A stretch of DNA of 64,000 nucleotides from an uncultured bacterium (GCA_937921485.1 CAKZSV010000031.1:6437-70436); one strand, 5' to 3'. Shown: positions 29,441-39,915, counted from the first letter of the stretch. Numbers and translations are program-made. Notes: generated by a model from the sequence alone, not told the origin.

Positions 29441-31525
29441 ATGGCAAACGAACAAAACAATAAAACCCTTATAATCGTTGAATCGCCCACAAAAGCGCGG
29501 ACAATCACGAAATACCTTGGCAACAAATTCATCGTGCTTTCTTCAATGGGGCATATCATTGATTTGCCAAAATCGAGGCTGGCAATTGACATTGCGCACG
29601 ATTTCCGCCCGGAATACATCACCGTGCGCGGAAAGGCAAAGCTCCTCAATGAACTTAAAAAAAATGCCTCGCTCGCTTCCAGCGTGCTGCTCGCGACCGA
29701 CCCCGACCGGGAGGGCGAAGCGATATCATGGCATCTCCGGAATGCACTGGCTGAAAAAAACAGCAATATCCATCGAGTCGAATTCCATGAAATCACCGAT
29801 TCAGCTATCAAAGAAGCAATAGATCATCCCCGCGATATAGACCTGAATCTGGTCAATGCACAACAGGCACGGCGTGTTTTAGACCGCCTGGTGGGATATC
29901 ATCTCAGCCCCATTCTCTGGAAAAAAGTAAAAAAAGGGCTTTCAGCGGGAAGAGTGCAATCGGTCGCGCTTGCCATCATCTGTGAACGCGAAAAGGAAAT
30001 AGAAGCTTTCGTTCCTGCGGAATACTGGTCGCTCGACGCTCTGCTCAATCACAATCATAAGAAATTTCGCGCATCTCTCATATCATTCAGAGGAAATAAA
30101 GAATACCTCAAAAAAAAGGAACACGCGGATGAAGTCATCGCTCATCTGAACGATAAAACATTCAAAGTTATCTCGGTTACCAAAAAAGAACGGAAACGCA
30201 GACCGCTTCCTCCCTACATCACCAGCAAGCTTCAGCAGGATGCGGCCAACCGCCTCGGTTTTACATCTGCAAAAACGATGATGGTCGCGCAGCAGCTCTA
30301 TGAAGGTGTTGATATTACCGGCGAAGGCCCGGTTGGACTCATCACGTACATGCGTACGGATTCAACCAGAATTTCACCCATTGCCATGGAAGGGTTGAGA
30401 AACTATATTTCTGCGCATTATCCGCCCGAATACCTTCCCGAAACGCCAAACACCTATATGAATAAAAAAGGTGCTCAGGACGCTCATGAAGCGATACGCC
30501 CCACAGATGTAGCCCGAGATCCGGAATCAATAAAAAATGATCTCACTTCCGACCAATACAAGCTCTACCGGCTCATCTGGAAGCGGTTCGTGTCTTCGCA
30601 GATGACCGGCGAGGTTTCACTTGCCACCTCGGTTATTCTGAAAGCCGGAGACTGTGAATTTCGCGCATCAGGAAGCATCGTGCTTTTTGACGGATTCACC
30701 GCCGTGGAAAAAGAGGAAAAAACCGGGAGAGATACTCTGCCCGAACTCAAGGAGGGCGACACCCCAAAGCTTATGGAGCTTGTTCCCGAACAACACTTCA
30801 CCACTCCTCCTCCCCGCTATAACGATGCATCGCTGGTAAAGTTTCTGGAGGAATCGGGCATCGGCCGCCCATCTACCTATGCGCCTACGATAAATACGCT
30901 CATCAAACGATACTATGTCATCCGTCACGGCAAACAGCTCGTCCCGACGGCGCTCGGAAGAATCGTGAATGATATCCTTGTAAAATTTTTTCCGGAACTC
31001 ATCTCAATCGGATTTACCTCATCCATGGAAGAGAAGCTTGACCTTATCGAAGATGCGAAATCAGAATGGGTCGGCATGATACGTGACTTTTATTCTCCCT
31101 TTATTGAGACAGTGGAACATGCCGAAAAACATATTGAGGAGATAAAAGGCGTCCTCGATGAAGACACTGACTTCACATGCGAGAAATGCGGCAGGCCGAT
31201 GAAGAAAAAACTCGGCAAATACGGCTTTTTTCTTGCGTGTTCCGGATTTCCGGAATGCAGAAACGCCCTCCCCATTCCGCTGGGAAAGTGCCCGATAGCC
31301 GGTTGCGGCGGCAATGTGGTGAAACGCTCCTCAAAGAAAGGGCGTCCTTTCTATTCCTGCACGCGATATCCCGATTGCACCTTCATCACGCGTGACGTGC
31401 CTGCCGAAAAAGATTGTCCGCAGTGCGGCAGCGCGCTTTTCGTGAAGAAGAAAAAGGGAGAAGGCGAAACAGTTTTCTGCCTTAAAGAAGGATGCGGGTA
31501 CCACATCGACATTCTGAATGAGTGA
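29441..31525 (+). CDS. topA: DNA topoisomerase I with C-terminal zinc-ribbon repeats.
   Basis: TOPRIM region (LIIVESPTKARTI; ATDPDREGEAI), active-site region (GLITYMRTDSTR), and three C-terminal Cys4 zinc ribbons. Confidence 0.95.
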   Translation: MANEQNNKTLIIVESPTKARTITKYLGNKFIVLSSMGHIIDLPKSRLAIDIAHDFRPEYITVRGKAKLLNELKKNASLASSVLLATDPDREGEAISWHLRNALAEKNSNIHRVEFHEITDSAIKEAIDHPRDIDLNLVNAQQARRVLDRLVGYHLSPILWKKVKKGLSAGRVQSVALAIICEREKEIEAFVPAEYWSLDALLNHNHKKFRASLISFRGNKEYLKKKEHADEVIAHLNDKTFKVISVTKKERKRRPLPPYITSKLQQDAANRLGFTSAKTMMVAQQLYEGVDITGEGPVGLITYMRTDSTRISPIAMEGLRNYISAHYPPEYLPETPNTYMNKKGAQDAHEAIRPTDVARDPESIKNDLTSDQYKLYRLIWKRFVSSQMTGEVSLATSVILKAGDCEFRASGSIVLFDGFTAVEKEEKTGRDTLPELKEGDTPKLMELVPEQHFTTPPPRYNDASLVKFLEESGIGRPSTYAPTINTLIKRYYVIRHGKQLVPTALGRIVNDILVKFFPELISIGFTSSMEEKLDLIEDAKSEWVGMIRDFYSPFIETVEHAEKHIEEIKGVLDEDTDFTCEKCGRPMKKKLGKYGFFLACSGFPECRNALPIPLGKCPIAGCGGNVVKRSSKKGRPFYSCTRYPDCTFITRDVPAEKDCPQCGSALFVKKKKGEGETVFCLKEGCGYHIDILNE

Positions 31526-32474
31526 TGACATGACCGAAGAAATTGACCTCTTTATGGATTATCTTCAGTACGAAAAGAATTTTTCGGCAAAGACAATCGA
31601 ATCCTACAATAAAGATTTATTGCAGTTTTACAAATTTCTCATAGATAATGCGGAAACCGAATCAGCCTACGAAACAGATGCTGCGCGCGAAAACGACGAT
31701 ATTTGCATTGGTTCGATTACAAAAACCGATATCACCTCATTTGTTGAATTCTGCTATGACCGCGGAATGCGGAAAAGCTCAATTTCACGAAAAATTGCCT
31801 GCATCCGGTCTTTCTTTAAATATCTTCACCGGCGGGATATCATTCCCCAAAACCCGGCGTTGGCCGTACATTTTCCGAAAAAAGAACATCGAATCCCGAA
31901 GTTTTTGCGCATCAACCAGATAGATGTGCTCTTCGATTTTCCGGATGAGGATTTTGCCGGAGCGCGCGACCGTGCGATTCTTGAACTTTTTTTCTCAACC
32001 GGAGCACGCGTTTCTGAAATCGCACGCGCACGAATTAGCGACCTTGACATTGCTGCTAAAAAATTAAAAGTCACCGGAAAGGGCAATCGCGAGCGCATGG
32101 TGTTTCTCACAGATAGCGCGGTCAATTCTCTTAAAAAATATTTTTCATTGCGGGAAAAGCTTTTCAATGAATCCGATGACACAATCTTTATCAATTGCCA
32201 TGGAAAAACTCTCACCGAGCGCGGAATTTTTTACATCATCGACATGCGCGCGCGCACGAAAGGCCTTTTTCGAAAAGTGTCGCCGCATGCGCTTCGCCAT
32301 ACGTTCGCCACGGAGCTCATCAACCGGGGTGCCGATATCCGCGCGGTTCAGGAAATGCTTGGGCACAAAAATATTTCAACGACGCAGGTGTATACTCATA
32401 CCACACGAGACAGACTGAAAAAAGTGTTTGATGAGTATCATCCTCATGGGAAAAACAAAAACCGCGCACAATGA
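31518..32474 (+). CDS. Tyrosine recombinase, XerC/XerD family.
   Basis: N-terminal SAM-like domain (FMDYLQYEKNFSAKTIESYNKDL). Catalytic R…HxxR…Y residues (PHALRHTFATELI…HKNISTTQVYTH). It overlaps the end of topA. Confidence 0.85.
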   Translation: MSDDMTEEIDLFMDYLQYEKNFSAKTIESYNKDLLQFYKFLIDNAETESAYETDAARENDDICIGSITKTDITSFVEFCYDRGMRKSSISRKIACIRSFFKYLHRRDIIPQNPALAVHFPKKEHRIPKFLRINQIDVLFDFPDEDFAGARDRAILELFFSTGARVSEIARARISDLDIAAKKLKVTGKGNRERMVFLTDSAVNSLKKYFSLREKLFNESDDTIFINCHGKTLTERGIFYIIDMRARTKGLFRKVSPHALRHTFATELINRGADIRAVQEMLGHKNISTTQVYTHTTRDRLKKVFDEYHPHGKNKNRAQ

Positions 32475-32869
32475 AACACTATGACGACATCGCTGCGGAA
32501 GATTATTACGAGATGGGATATGCGTGGGCTGAGACGAAAAATTTCGCGAAGGCGAAGGAATGCCTTTCGCGCGCTATCGAATTGAATCCGCATTTTATCT
32601 ACGCCTACGTCACGCTTTCCAAAGTGCTCTCGGCGATGGGTGATTACGCTGAAGCAGCGCGCATTCTGAAAAAAGCATCAAAAATCGATCCTGAATTTCA
32701 TCGCCTGGAGTACCTTCAGGCGCGATATTTCTATAAAGATGGCAATTTCCCCGCCGCGCTTCGCGCAATAGAACGCGCCATTTCATCTTCCCCACAAAAA
32801 TTGTATCTCAAAAGCAAAAAAATAATTTTGCATGCGATTGACTGCGAAAGAGAAAAAAATAAGGGTTGA
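32471..32869 (+). CDS. Tetratricopeptide-repeat protein.
   Basis: Three TPR-like repeats (…YYEMGYAWAETKNFAKAKECLSRAIELNP…). Its start overlaps the recombinase stop. Confidence 0.6.
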   Translation: MKHYDDIAAEDYYEMGYAWAETKNFAKAKECLSRAIELNPHFIYAYVTLSKVLSAMGDYAEAARILKKASKIDPEFHRLEYLQARYFYKDGNFPAALRAIERAISSSPQKLYLKSKKIILHAIDCEREKNKG

Positions 32870-32921
32870 CAATCGAAATTTTCTAAAGCTTTCCTGTCAT
32901 TATACAGGCTTTCCCCGAGTA

Positions 32922-33341
32922 ATGAAAAAATTCAGCTTACATATCGCGAAACTTATTGCTGTTTTCATCGCATCCAGTATGTTTATATCGACGTCAATAC
33001 CACGCATCACGACCGATCACGCGCGCCAGCCGAAAGAACACGCTATCACCGGGGATACTTCGGATTTCTTATCAATCCCGAATTCATTCACAGGCAAAGA
33101 AATCTCAGAGTCATCCGCCGCCCTGTTTCTATCATATTATGCCGGCCGTACCGATACAGGCCATCAGAATTACATTCCCATTATCAGCGCAACAGCAATA
33201 TCCTTACAAAAAAGAATACAAATAGTGAAGGAATCTGGAGCAAGAAACGAATATGAAATTAAACTTGCGCAGGAAGCATTGAATGAGTTGCTGCGCATGC
33301 AAAACGATATCGAAGATGAAAATGATAAGGGAAATAGATGA
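32922..33341 (+). CDS. Small secreted protein, hypothetical.
   Basis: Signal peptide from the internal Met (MKKFSLHIAKLIAVFIASSMFIS). Its stop overlaps the start of the next gene (ATGA). Confidence 0.5.
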   Translation: MKKFSLHIAKLIAVFIASSMFISTSIPRITTDHARQPKEHAITGDTSDFLSIPNSFTGKEISESSAALFLSYYAGRTDTGHQNYIPIISATAISLQKRIQIVKESGARNEYEIKLAQEALNELLRMQNDIEDENDKGNR

Positions 33342-34435
33342 ACAACAATTTTCCCGTGCGACTTGCAGTTTGTTTTGTTTTGTGCGCGATGATTAGCATG
33401 CCCAATCCTCTCAATGCATGGCTATACGGCACTCATCACGCCGCAGTGCTGAAAGCATTTGAATATATGGAAGGCCCTCCGGCAAGTATAGAACAAAAGA
33501 GTGCGGTCAGGTTTTTGAAGATTTCCGGCGGAAATGATATTCATATCATAATTGCCGGAAAAAGCGGAAATACCGATGAATTTTCCGATACCTGCGCTGA
33601 ATCATGGTGGAACGGCAAAAGAACTATTGTCGATCTCGAAGCTAAGCGTATAAACATCTCAACGCTCTGGCATTTTCTAAGCATCACAAAACAGGGTCGC
33701 TTCCGAAATGAATTCCCCGGCTTTTCTTTTTCTTTCGCCCCGCCCGGAGGAGGAACGCGCTACAACGAATTGCTGCGGGCGTTATTATTCAATCACAAAG
33801 TTGATAGTTCAGGATTTGCAGGTCGCGGTATATCCATGCCAGTGCGATCAATTGGCCCGATTGAGGCGTATCGTTTTCGTGGACGATTTTCCGCATTCAG
33901 GTCGTATTATTCCATCACCTCTTTAGAGAACTACTTGCGATTTCAGAGTGTCGTATTTGAACCGTCTACCAACGCCGCAGCATTCTGGTACGGTCAGGCT
34001 CTTGAAGGTACGGCAGTTGGAATTACCAACATTCAGCACATCGGATTTCTGGGGCATGTGATGCACCTTGCAAACGATGCCACCGTGACGCATCATCTGT
34101 ACAGCACTTTAGATCACTATCACGATGAATATGAAAAGTTCGTGAATGATAATCTGTCTTCCCTATACAGCGAAAGAAAAGTCAGTGAGCTAATTTCGCT
34201 TTTTTATGATTCATCAGCCGGCAGAAAAGGCCTCGAAAACATCATGATTCGCGATATCATTTTCTTTTTTGCACGACGCTCGGCGGGAATGACTGCTCCC
34301 CTGTACAGCGATTTGTTTGAAACGCGGAAAAATTGCGGGAAAGAACAATTCTGTGCATCGGTTGCCGAGAACATCATCATCATAACCAAATACTTTATCG
34401 ATATCCACCGTGACGATACTATCAGGAGATATTAA
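33338..34435 (+). CDS. Secreted zinc-dependent phospholipase C / S1-P1 nuclease superfamily protein.
   Basis: Signal peptide cleaved before Trp (…PLNA|WLYGTHHAAVLKAFEYM). This matches the N-terminal Trp1/His zinc ligands of B. cereus PC-PLC. It also has H-x3-D-x5-H (HLANDATVTHH), matching the PLC His118/Asp122/His128 pattern. Confidence 0.55.
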   Translation: MNNNFPVRLAVCFVLCAMISMPNPLNAWLYGTHHAAVLKAFEYMEGPPASIEQKSAVRFLKISGGNDIHIIIAGKSGNTDEFSDTCAESWWNGKRTIVDLEAKRINISTLWHFLSITKQGRFRNEFPGFSFSFAPPGGGTRYNELLRALLFNHKVDSSGFAGRGISMPVRSIGPIEAYRFRGRFSAFRSYYSITSLENYLRFQSVVFEPSTNAAAFWYGQALEGTAVGITNIQHIGFLGHVMHLANDATVTHHLYSTLDHYHDEYEKFVNDNLSSLYSERKVSELISLFYDSSAGRKGLENIMIRDIIFFFARRSAGMTAPLYSDLFETRKNCGKEQFCASVAENIIIITKYFIDIHRDDTIRRY

Positions 34436-34549
34436 CACAGCATCGCACTTTTGTTTTCGTAATTACACATTCTTCAATGCTCTTGACAAATAGCCGCCCT
34501 GAGCGCAAAATGCCATGAGTATAATCAACAATCCTTTAACGGCAATGGA

Positions 34550-35449
34550 ATGATACGTATTGGAACACGCGGAAGCGAACTCGCGCTCTGGCAGGCGCGA
34601 TACATAGCTCAAAAGATTGGTGAACATAAAACCGAAATCATCATCATTAAAACAAAGGGCGACCGCATCCGGAATGTTTCTTTTGATAAAATGGAGGGAA
34701 AAGGTTTTTTTACCAAAGAAATCGAAGAGGCGCTCCTTGAAAAAAAAATCGATTGTGCGGTTCATAGCCTGAAAGACCTCCCGGTTGATGATACAGCGGG
34801 CCTCCGTATCGCGGCGATCACGTCGCGTGAAGATCCTTCGGATGTGCTGCTTATCAGAAGCGACCGCTATGATCCCGGTGCATCAATTCCGGTAGTAAAA
34901 AGCGCTGTTGTGGGGACGAGCTCTCTCCGACGATGCGCGCAGATACTTCATGAAATTCCTACCCTTTCCGTTAAGCCCCTTCGAGGCAATGTTCCAACTC
35001 GAATCAAGCGGCTTCGCGAAAAAAAGTTTGATGCTATCATTCTGGCACGGGCGGGAATCTCCCGCCTCGAGATCGACCTTACCGGCCTGATAGAATTCAC
35101 CCTCCCGTTCAGCTATTTTTTACCCGCGCCCGGTCAGGGAGCGTTAGCAGTGCAAATACGCGAGGGCGACATATCATTGCAAAAAGAGCTTTCATTTCTC
35201 AATGATGACGCAACAAGCCGGGCAGTTTCAGCAGAGCGCGCATTTTTAAAAGAGTTCGGCGCGGGATGCCATATTCCCCTCGGAGCGCTTGCCCACGCTC
35301 AAAACTCCACGATACATCTAAGCGGCATGGTGGCTTCACCTGACGGGAAATCTTTTTTTAGAGGGAGTAAATCCGGTACGCACCCTGATGAGACAGGCAC
35401 AAAGCTTGCGCGCACACTTAAAGATCAAGGAGCAGAGGCAATAGTATGA
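34550..35449 (+). CDS. hemC: Hydroxymethylbilane synthase (porphobilinogen deaminase).
   Basis: MIRIGTRGSELALWQA start and the dipyrromethane-cofactor Cys region (EFGAGCHIPLGALA). Confidence 0.9.
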   Translation: MIRIGTRGSELALWQARYIAQKIGEHKTEIIIIKTKGDRIRNVSFDKMEGKGFFTKEIEEALLEKKIDCAVHSLKDLPVDDTAGLRIAAITSREDPSDVLLIRSDRYDPGASIPVVKSAVVGTSSLRRCAQILHEIPTLSVKPLRGNVPTRIKRLREKKFDAIILARAGISRLEIDLTGLIEFTLPFSYFLPAPGQGALAVQIREGDISLQKELSFLNDDATSRAVSAERAFLKEFGAGCHIPLGALAHAQNSTIHLSGMVASPDGKSFFRGSKSGTHPDETGTKLARTLKDQGAEAIV

Positions 35450-36942
35450 ACACCATCGGCAAAGTGTATCTTGTGGGCGCTGGACCAGGCGATCCAGGGC
35501 TCATCACAATCCGTGCAGTTGAAGCGCTGCGCGAGGCCGACTGCATCATATACGATTTTTTAGCAAACCCGGAACTCATCTCATATCAGAACAAAGAACT
35601 CATATATGTCGGCAAGAAGGGCGGCGATCACACACTCCCGCAGGAAGAGATAAATCGCCTCATCATTGAAAAGGCGAAAGAAGGCAGGACCGTCGTCCGC
35701 CTCAAAGGAGGCGATCCCTTTATTTTCGGCCGCGGCGGCGAAGAAGCGGAAGAACTCGCCAGGCACGGTATTCCCTTCGAAATTATACCGGGTATCTCTT
35801 CTTTCTATTCCGCGCCCGCGTATGCCGGGATTCCCGTCACCCATCGGGACTGGGCGGATCGATTCGAAGTGATCACCGGCCACCGGCGAGGCGATACTGA
35901 CGAGCATCTTGAAATCACGCTCCCGGAATATCAGCCGCATAAAACATTTGTATTCCTCATGGGAATGAAGAATCTGAAAAAAATAGCACATAACCTCATG
36001 GAAGAAAAAAAATTTCCGCCTGACACTCCCGCCGCGGTGGTATCGTGGGGAACGACGCCGCAACAGAAAACAGCCATCGGCACCATTTCTGATATTTCCG
36101 GACGCGCTGCCTCCGACAAACTCGCCGCCCCCGCAATTATCATCATCGGCGAGGTGGTGAACGCAAGAAATTCACTGCGCTGGTTCGATAACCGGCCCCT
36201 TTTCGGCAAAAAAGTCGTCGTCACGCGAACGAGGGAACAGGCATCGGAATTGTCAAAAAAACTTGCCGCCCTGGGAGCGGAAATAATCGAGCTGCCCACA
36301 ATAAAAATTCGGCCACGCGATGACCGTCAAATCGATGAAGCAATTTCTAACTTGCCGCAATTCGACTGGGTAGTCTTCACCTCGCACAACGCTGTTGAGA
36401 TTTTTTTCAAACGGATGCGCACCCAACGGCTTGATGCACGCGCGTTCCAATCTGCCCGGGTGGCGGCCATCGGTCCGGGAACTGCACAATCGCTTGAATC
36501 GCACGGAATACTCTGCGACATCGTTCCTGAAAAATTCGTCGCGGAATCTCTATTGGAAGCTATGGAAAATCAGGGAATCCGCGGTGAAAAAATTATGCTG
36601 CCATGCGCCTCCGAGGCTCGCGATGTCCTCTTTGAAGGGCTTACCCGCGCTGGTGCGTCGGTGGCACGCGTTTTTCTCTACGATACGGTTTTGCCGGATG
36701 ATCTCCCCGGGGAAACTATCGAGGCGGCCGCAAACGCCGATATCGTGACATTCGCCAGTTCCTCAACCGCAAAAAACTATTTTTCCATTATCAAAAAATC
36801 TTCTGCTGTTCTCGCCTGCATAGGCCCCATAACCGCCGCAACCGTACGAGAGCTTTCAAGGGAACCCGAAATCGTCGCAGAACATTACACCATAGATGGG
36901 CTCGTGGCAGCAATCAAAGCCCACTTTTTAAAAAACTCATAA
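35446..36942 (+). CDS. cobA/hemD: Bifunctional uroporphyrinogen-III C-methyltransferase / uroporphyrinogen-III synthase (CobA-HemD fusion).
   Basis: N-terminal SUMT motifs (VYLVGAGPGDPGLIT; VRLKGGDPFIFGRGGEE), then a C-terminal HemD-like half (about 250 aa). It overlaps hemC. Confidence 0.85.
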   Translation: MNTIGKVYLVGAGPGDPGLITIRAVEALREADCIIYDFLANPELISYQNKELIYVGKKGGDHTLPQEEINRLIIEKAKEGRTVVRLKGGDPFIFGRGGEEAEELARHGIPFEIIPGISSFYSAPAYAGIPVTHRDWADRFEVITGHRRGDTDEHLEITLPEYQPHKTFVFLMGMKNLKKIAHNLMEEKKFPPDTPAAVVSWGTTPQQKTAIGTISDISGRAASDKLAAPAIIIIGEVVNARNSLRWFDNRPLFGKKVVVTRTREQASELSKKLAALGAEIIELPTIKIRPRDDRQIDEAISNLPQFDWVVFTSHNAVEIFFKRMRTQRLDARAFQSARVAAIGPGTAQSLESHGILCDIVPEKFVAESLLEAMENQGIRGEKIMLPCASEARDVLFEGLTRAGASVARVFLYDTVLPDDLPGETIEAAANADIVTFASSSTAKNYFSIIKKSSAVLACIGPITAATVRELSREPEIVAEHYTIDGLVAAIKAHFLKNS

Positions 36943-36981
36943 CAATTTCATTTACTGCCTTTCCATTCCGATATATATTAC

Positions 36982-37473
36982 ATGAGACGATTGAGAAAAA
37001 ATATCGGACGCAGTGCCCTGCTGCCAGCGGTTCTGCTGATTTTCGGTATCATCCATTGTACGCCGCCGCTGGTGAGAACAACTCGAGTTGCGCCCAGCCC
37101 CGAGATGCGCAGAAATATTGTACAGACCGCTCGGGCGCAGATCGGTACACCATACCGCTACGGGGGCTCTTCTCCTGGAGGATTCGACTGCTCCGGCCTT
37201 GTTATGTACGTATATCGAAAAAATGGCATCGATATACCCCGCACGGCAACCGATCAGTTTATTGAAGGCAGGCGTATTTCCAGGCGGAACATTCAGCCGG
37301 GTGATCTCGTCTTTTTCAGAATATCCGGTAGCGGAGTTTCGCACGTCGGGATCTACGCCGGCCGCGGAAAGTTCATCCACGCACCGAAGCCGGGGAAACG
37401 GGTAAGCTACGCAAGCCTGACTAATCCATACTGGTCGCGCCACTACTATGGCGCGGCGAGTTATTTCAACTGA
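36982..37473 (+). CDS. NlpC/P60 (C40) family cell-wall peptidase, lipoprotein-like.
   Basis: Catalytic Cys/His context (GFDCSGLVMYVY…SHVGIYAG…FIHAP) with a signal peptide. Confidence 0.8.
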   Translation: MRRLRKNIGRSALLPAVLLIFGIIHCTPPLVRTTRVAPSPEMRRNIVQTARAQIGTPYRYGGSSPGGFDCSGLVMYVYRKNGIDIPRTATDQFIEGRRISRRNIQPGDLVFFRISGSGVSHVGIYAGRGKFIHAPKPGKRVSYASLTNPYWSRHYYGAASYFN

Positions 37474-39271
37474 TTTTCTTCCCCAGATGTTCCAGCATAA
37501 ACTGATCGGTTTCCCATTCATCTAAAAGTTTATTGTACGCCTGAATGATCCGCTGATAGGTGAGCACGCCGACAATCTTTTCTGTGCCGACTTCCCCAAC
37601 CACGGGAAGGATTTCAAGATTATTTTTTTCCATCATAATAAGGGCACCGGAAACTTTCTCATCAATACGGACGACTTGCGTTTCGGAGTAAATATCGCCT
37701 GCGATAATGAGGTCGACGAGATCCTGCGAAAGAATGACTGTTTTTATGTCGTTCAAAGAAATGATGCCGAGAGGCTTTCCATTTTTATTTATGACCACCA
37801 CGCTGCCATAATGTGATGCCAAAAGCACATCAATAAGATTTTTAAACGGAGTTTCGTATGCAACGCTTGAGTAATTCGTTTCCATGATATCCGAAACCCG
37901 GATTTTCCCCAGCAGATCCACTTCCCTGCGTTTCGAAACATCTATCCCCTCATCCATCAGTTCTCGTGCATACACCGTCCCTTTATTGTAGTAGATCGTT
38001 ACCAGATAGGACATGATTGAAACAAGCATGAGAGGTAGTATAAATTTGTAATCTCCCGTCGTTTCAAACACAAGCATGATCGCCGTCAGAGGAATCGAAT
38101 TGATGCCGGAAAGCACTCCGCCCATCGCAATAAGCGCGAAGGTTACCGGATCGAGCGCAAGCCCAAATAATGAATTCATCGCCAGCGCACTCGCATAGCC
38201 GAGCATGATCCCTATGACCAATGCCGGAGCGAAGCTTCCTCCAAAACCGCCCGCATTGAGATACAGGGCGACAAAAAACATGTTCAAACACAAAAGAATG
38301 AAAAGAGTGGGAAGATCAAACGCGCCTGAAACGACCTGACCGATGGTATGATAGCCGATGCCGAAGAGGCTGTAATATTTCGTGATGATGAATCCGAAAA
38401 TAAGCGACAGGGGAAGCAATTTTACGAATGCGTTTGTGATGCCGAGCTTTTCCTCAATGATTTTTTTCGCGGTTTTTCGAATGCCGAAAAAGATAAGCGA
38501 TGCGAGACCGCAGAGAATACCCATCCCGAAAAAGAACGGTAAATCGGCAACACTTCCCGGATTATATGAAGGAATCACAATCGCGTGCCGGCCTACCATC
38601 ACGGAACGGGAAATGATGTCCGCCACCACCGAGGAGATGATGAGCGCCGAAAGCGATTGGTTTTTTAAATCGCTTAGAAGCACTACTTCAATACCGAAAA
38701 AAACTCCGGCAATGGGCGCGTTGAAAATCGCAGAAATTGCAGCACCCGCACCAGCAGCGGTGAACATCCGCATGTCTTTTTTATTGAGCCGAAGTAGCTG
38801 CGCCATCGCCGAACCGATCCCGCTTCCCATTTTCGCGGCCGGCGCTTCAGGGCCAAGAGGAGCTCCAGTGCCGATGGTAATAATCGATGCTAAAAAATGA
38901 AAAACCGTTTTTGCGAAAGGAATGTGGCCATTGCGAAGCAGAATAGCTTTTATGACGGATGTGACAGATCGATCCTTTGAAAGTTTCGGAAAAAAATGAG
39001 AAATCAGCGCAATAATTGCAGCTCCAAGAACCGGTATTATAAAAATCAAATTATGATTAATCTGCATAAGTGATGTAAATTTTTCCGGCTCGAAAAACCG
39101 TCTTGTGCCATCGAGCAAATAATTAAAAACAATTGCTCCCAATCCCGCAATGCAGCCAAGCATGGTGGAGAGAATAATGAGATAGAGATAGTGTGCCATC
39201 TCACTTGAAAAGTACGCATCCCGAATGGTTTTCATGCGTGCAATAATAGTCATAAAAATAAAGCCGATCAT
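37466..39271 (-). CDS. ClC-family voltage-gated chloride channel / H+-Cl- antiporter with C-terminal tandem CBS domains.
   Basis: ClC selectivity motifs (GSGIPE-like GPEAPAAKMGSGIG; GxFxP: GVFFGIEVVL), 10-12 TM segments, and a C-terminal CBS pair. Confidence 0.85.
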   Translation of the reverse strand: MIGFIFMTIIARMKTIRDAYFSSEMAHYLYLIILSTMLGCIAGLGAIVFNYLLDGTRRFFEPEKFTSLMQINHNLIFIIPVLGAAIIALISHFFPKLSKDRSVTSVIKAILLRNGHIPFAKTVFHFLASIITIGTGAPLGPEAPAAKMGSGIGSAMAQLLRLNKKDMRMFTAAGAGAAISAIFNAPIAGVFFGIEVVLLSDLKNQSLSALIISSVVADIISRSVMVGRHAIVIPSYNPGSVADLPFFFGMGILCGLASLIFFGIRKTAKKIIEEKLGITNAFVKLLPLSLIFGFIITKYYSLFGIGYHTIGQVVSGAFDLPTLFILLCLNMFFVALYLNAGGFGGSFAPALVIGIMLGYASALAMNSLFGLALDPVTFALIAMGGVLSGINSIPLTAIMLVFETTGDYKFILPLMLVSIMSYLVTIYYNKGTVYARELMDEGIDVSKRREVDLLGKIRVSDIMETNYSSVAYETPFKNLIDVLLASHYGSVVVINKNGKPLGIISLNDIKTVILSQDLVDLIIAGDIYSETQVVRIDEKVSGALIMMEKNNLEILPVVGEVGTEKIVGVLTYQRIIQAYNKLLDEWETDQFMLEHLGKKIS

Positions 39272-39382
39272 AACTCCTGTAATCTAATTGCACTCATGTC
39301 AGAAAATGTGCATGCCAGTTTGTCAAGGGAAATACCGATATCCGCGAATTTCCCGGATTTTAATCATTATACAATATTTTTA

Positions 39383-39412
39383 TTGCACGATTATGACGAA
39401 AAATGGTATAAT
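39383..39412 (+). promoter_or_regulatory. Candidate sigma70 promoter for the PilZ gene.
   Basis: TTGCAC at 39383-39388, 18 nt spacing, then TGgTATAAT (extended -10) at 39404-39412. A GAGGA RBS lies before the ATG at 39475. Confidence 0.4.
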
Positions 39413-39474
39413 ACCATATAATTGGCAATAAGTGCATCGGCCATAAAACCCATAAAGCATGCCGCGAGGAAGCC

Positions 39475-39903
39475 ATGGCAGTGAATCGTCGAGAATATCC
39501 ACGAGTGAAGCTTTTTCGGTTCAGCGTTGAAGTGTCAAAACACGGCGAAAACGCATTCGTACCTGTGGAAGCCGTCAACATTTCCGCAGGAGGGCTCTGC
39601 TTTTTAAGCAAGTCTATCATTTACCAAGGCGATATGCTCGATTTTCGCTTTCCCTTCAAACGTCGAGAAATCATCATGCCGGCTCGCGTGGTTCGCGTAA
39701 ATGGCCGTGAAGTCGGCGTGCAATTCACCGCTGACAGCGACGAGATAATGGATTTTGTAACCACCTACAACGAAGAAATTCAGTCAATGACGATTGCCAC
39801 AAAAGAAAATATTCGGCTTATACTTCCGGGATACAATTCACCTGAAAATCACAAGTTCAGCATAGACAACCTGCTCGATTTAGATTCGGAAGTGAAGCAT
39901 TGA
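39475..39903 (+). CDS. PilZ-domain (c-di-GMP-binding) protein.
   Basis: RxxxR (RREYPRVK) and the D/NxSxGG motif (NISAGGLCF) of PilZ domains. Confidence 0.7.
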   Translation: MAVNRREYPRVKLFRFSVEVSKHGENAFVPVEAVNISAGGLCFLSKSIIYQGDMLDFRFPFKRREIIMPARVVRVNGREVGVQFTADSDEIMDFVTTYNEEIQSMTIATKENIRLILPGYNSPENHKFSIDNLLDLDSEVKH

Positions 39904-39915
39904 CATTCCAAAGAC

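Noticed and set aside
31518-32474. A tyrosine recombinase directly after topA, considered as a possible phage or integrative-element integrase marking a mobile island.
   Set aside because: The N-terminal domain and catalytic motifs match chromosomal XerC/XerD. The topA-xer adjacency is a known housekeeping arrangement, as in Bacillus topA-gid-codV. No attachment-site repeats, tRNA gene or phage genes lie nearby.
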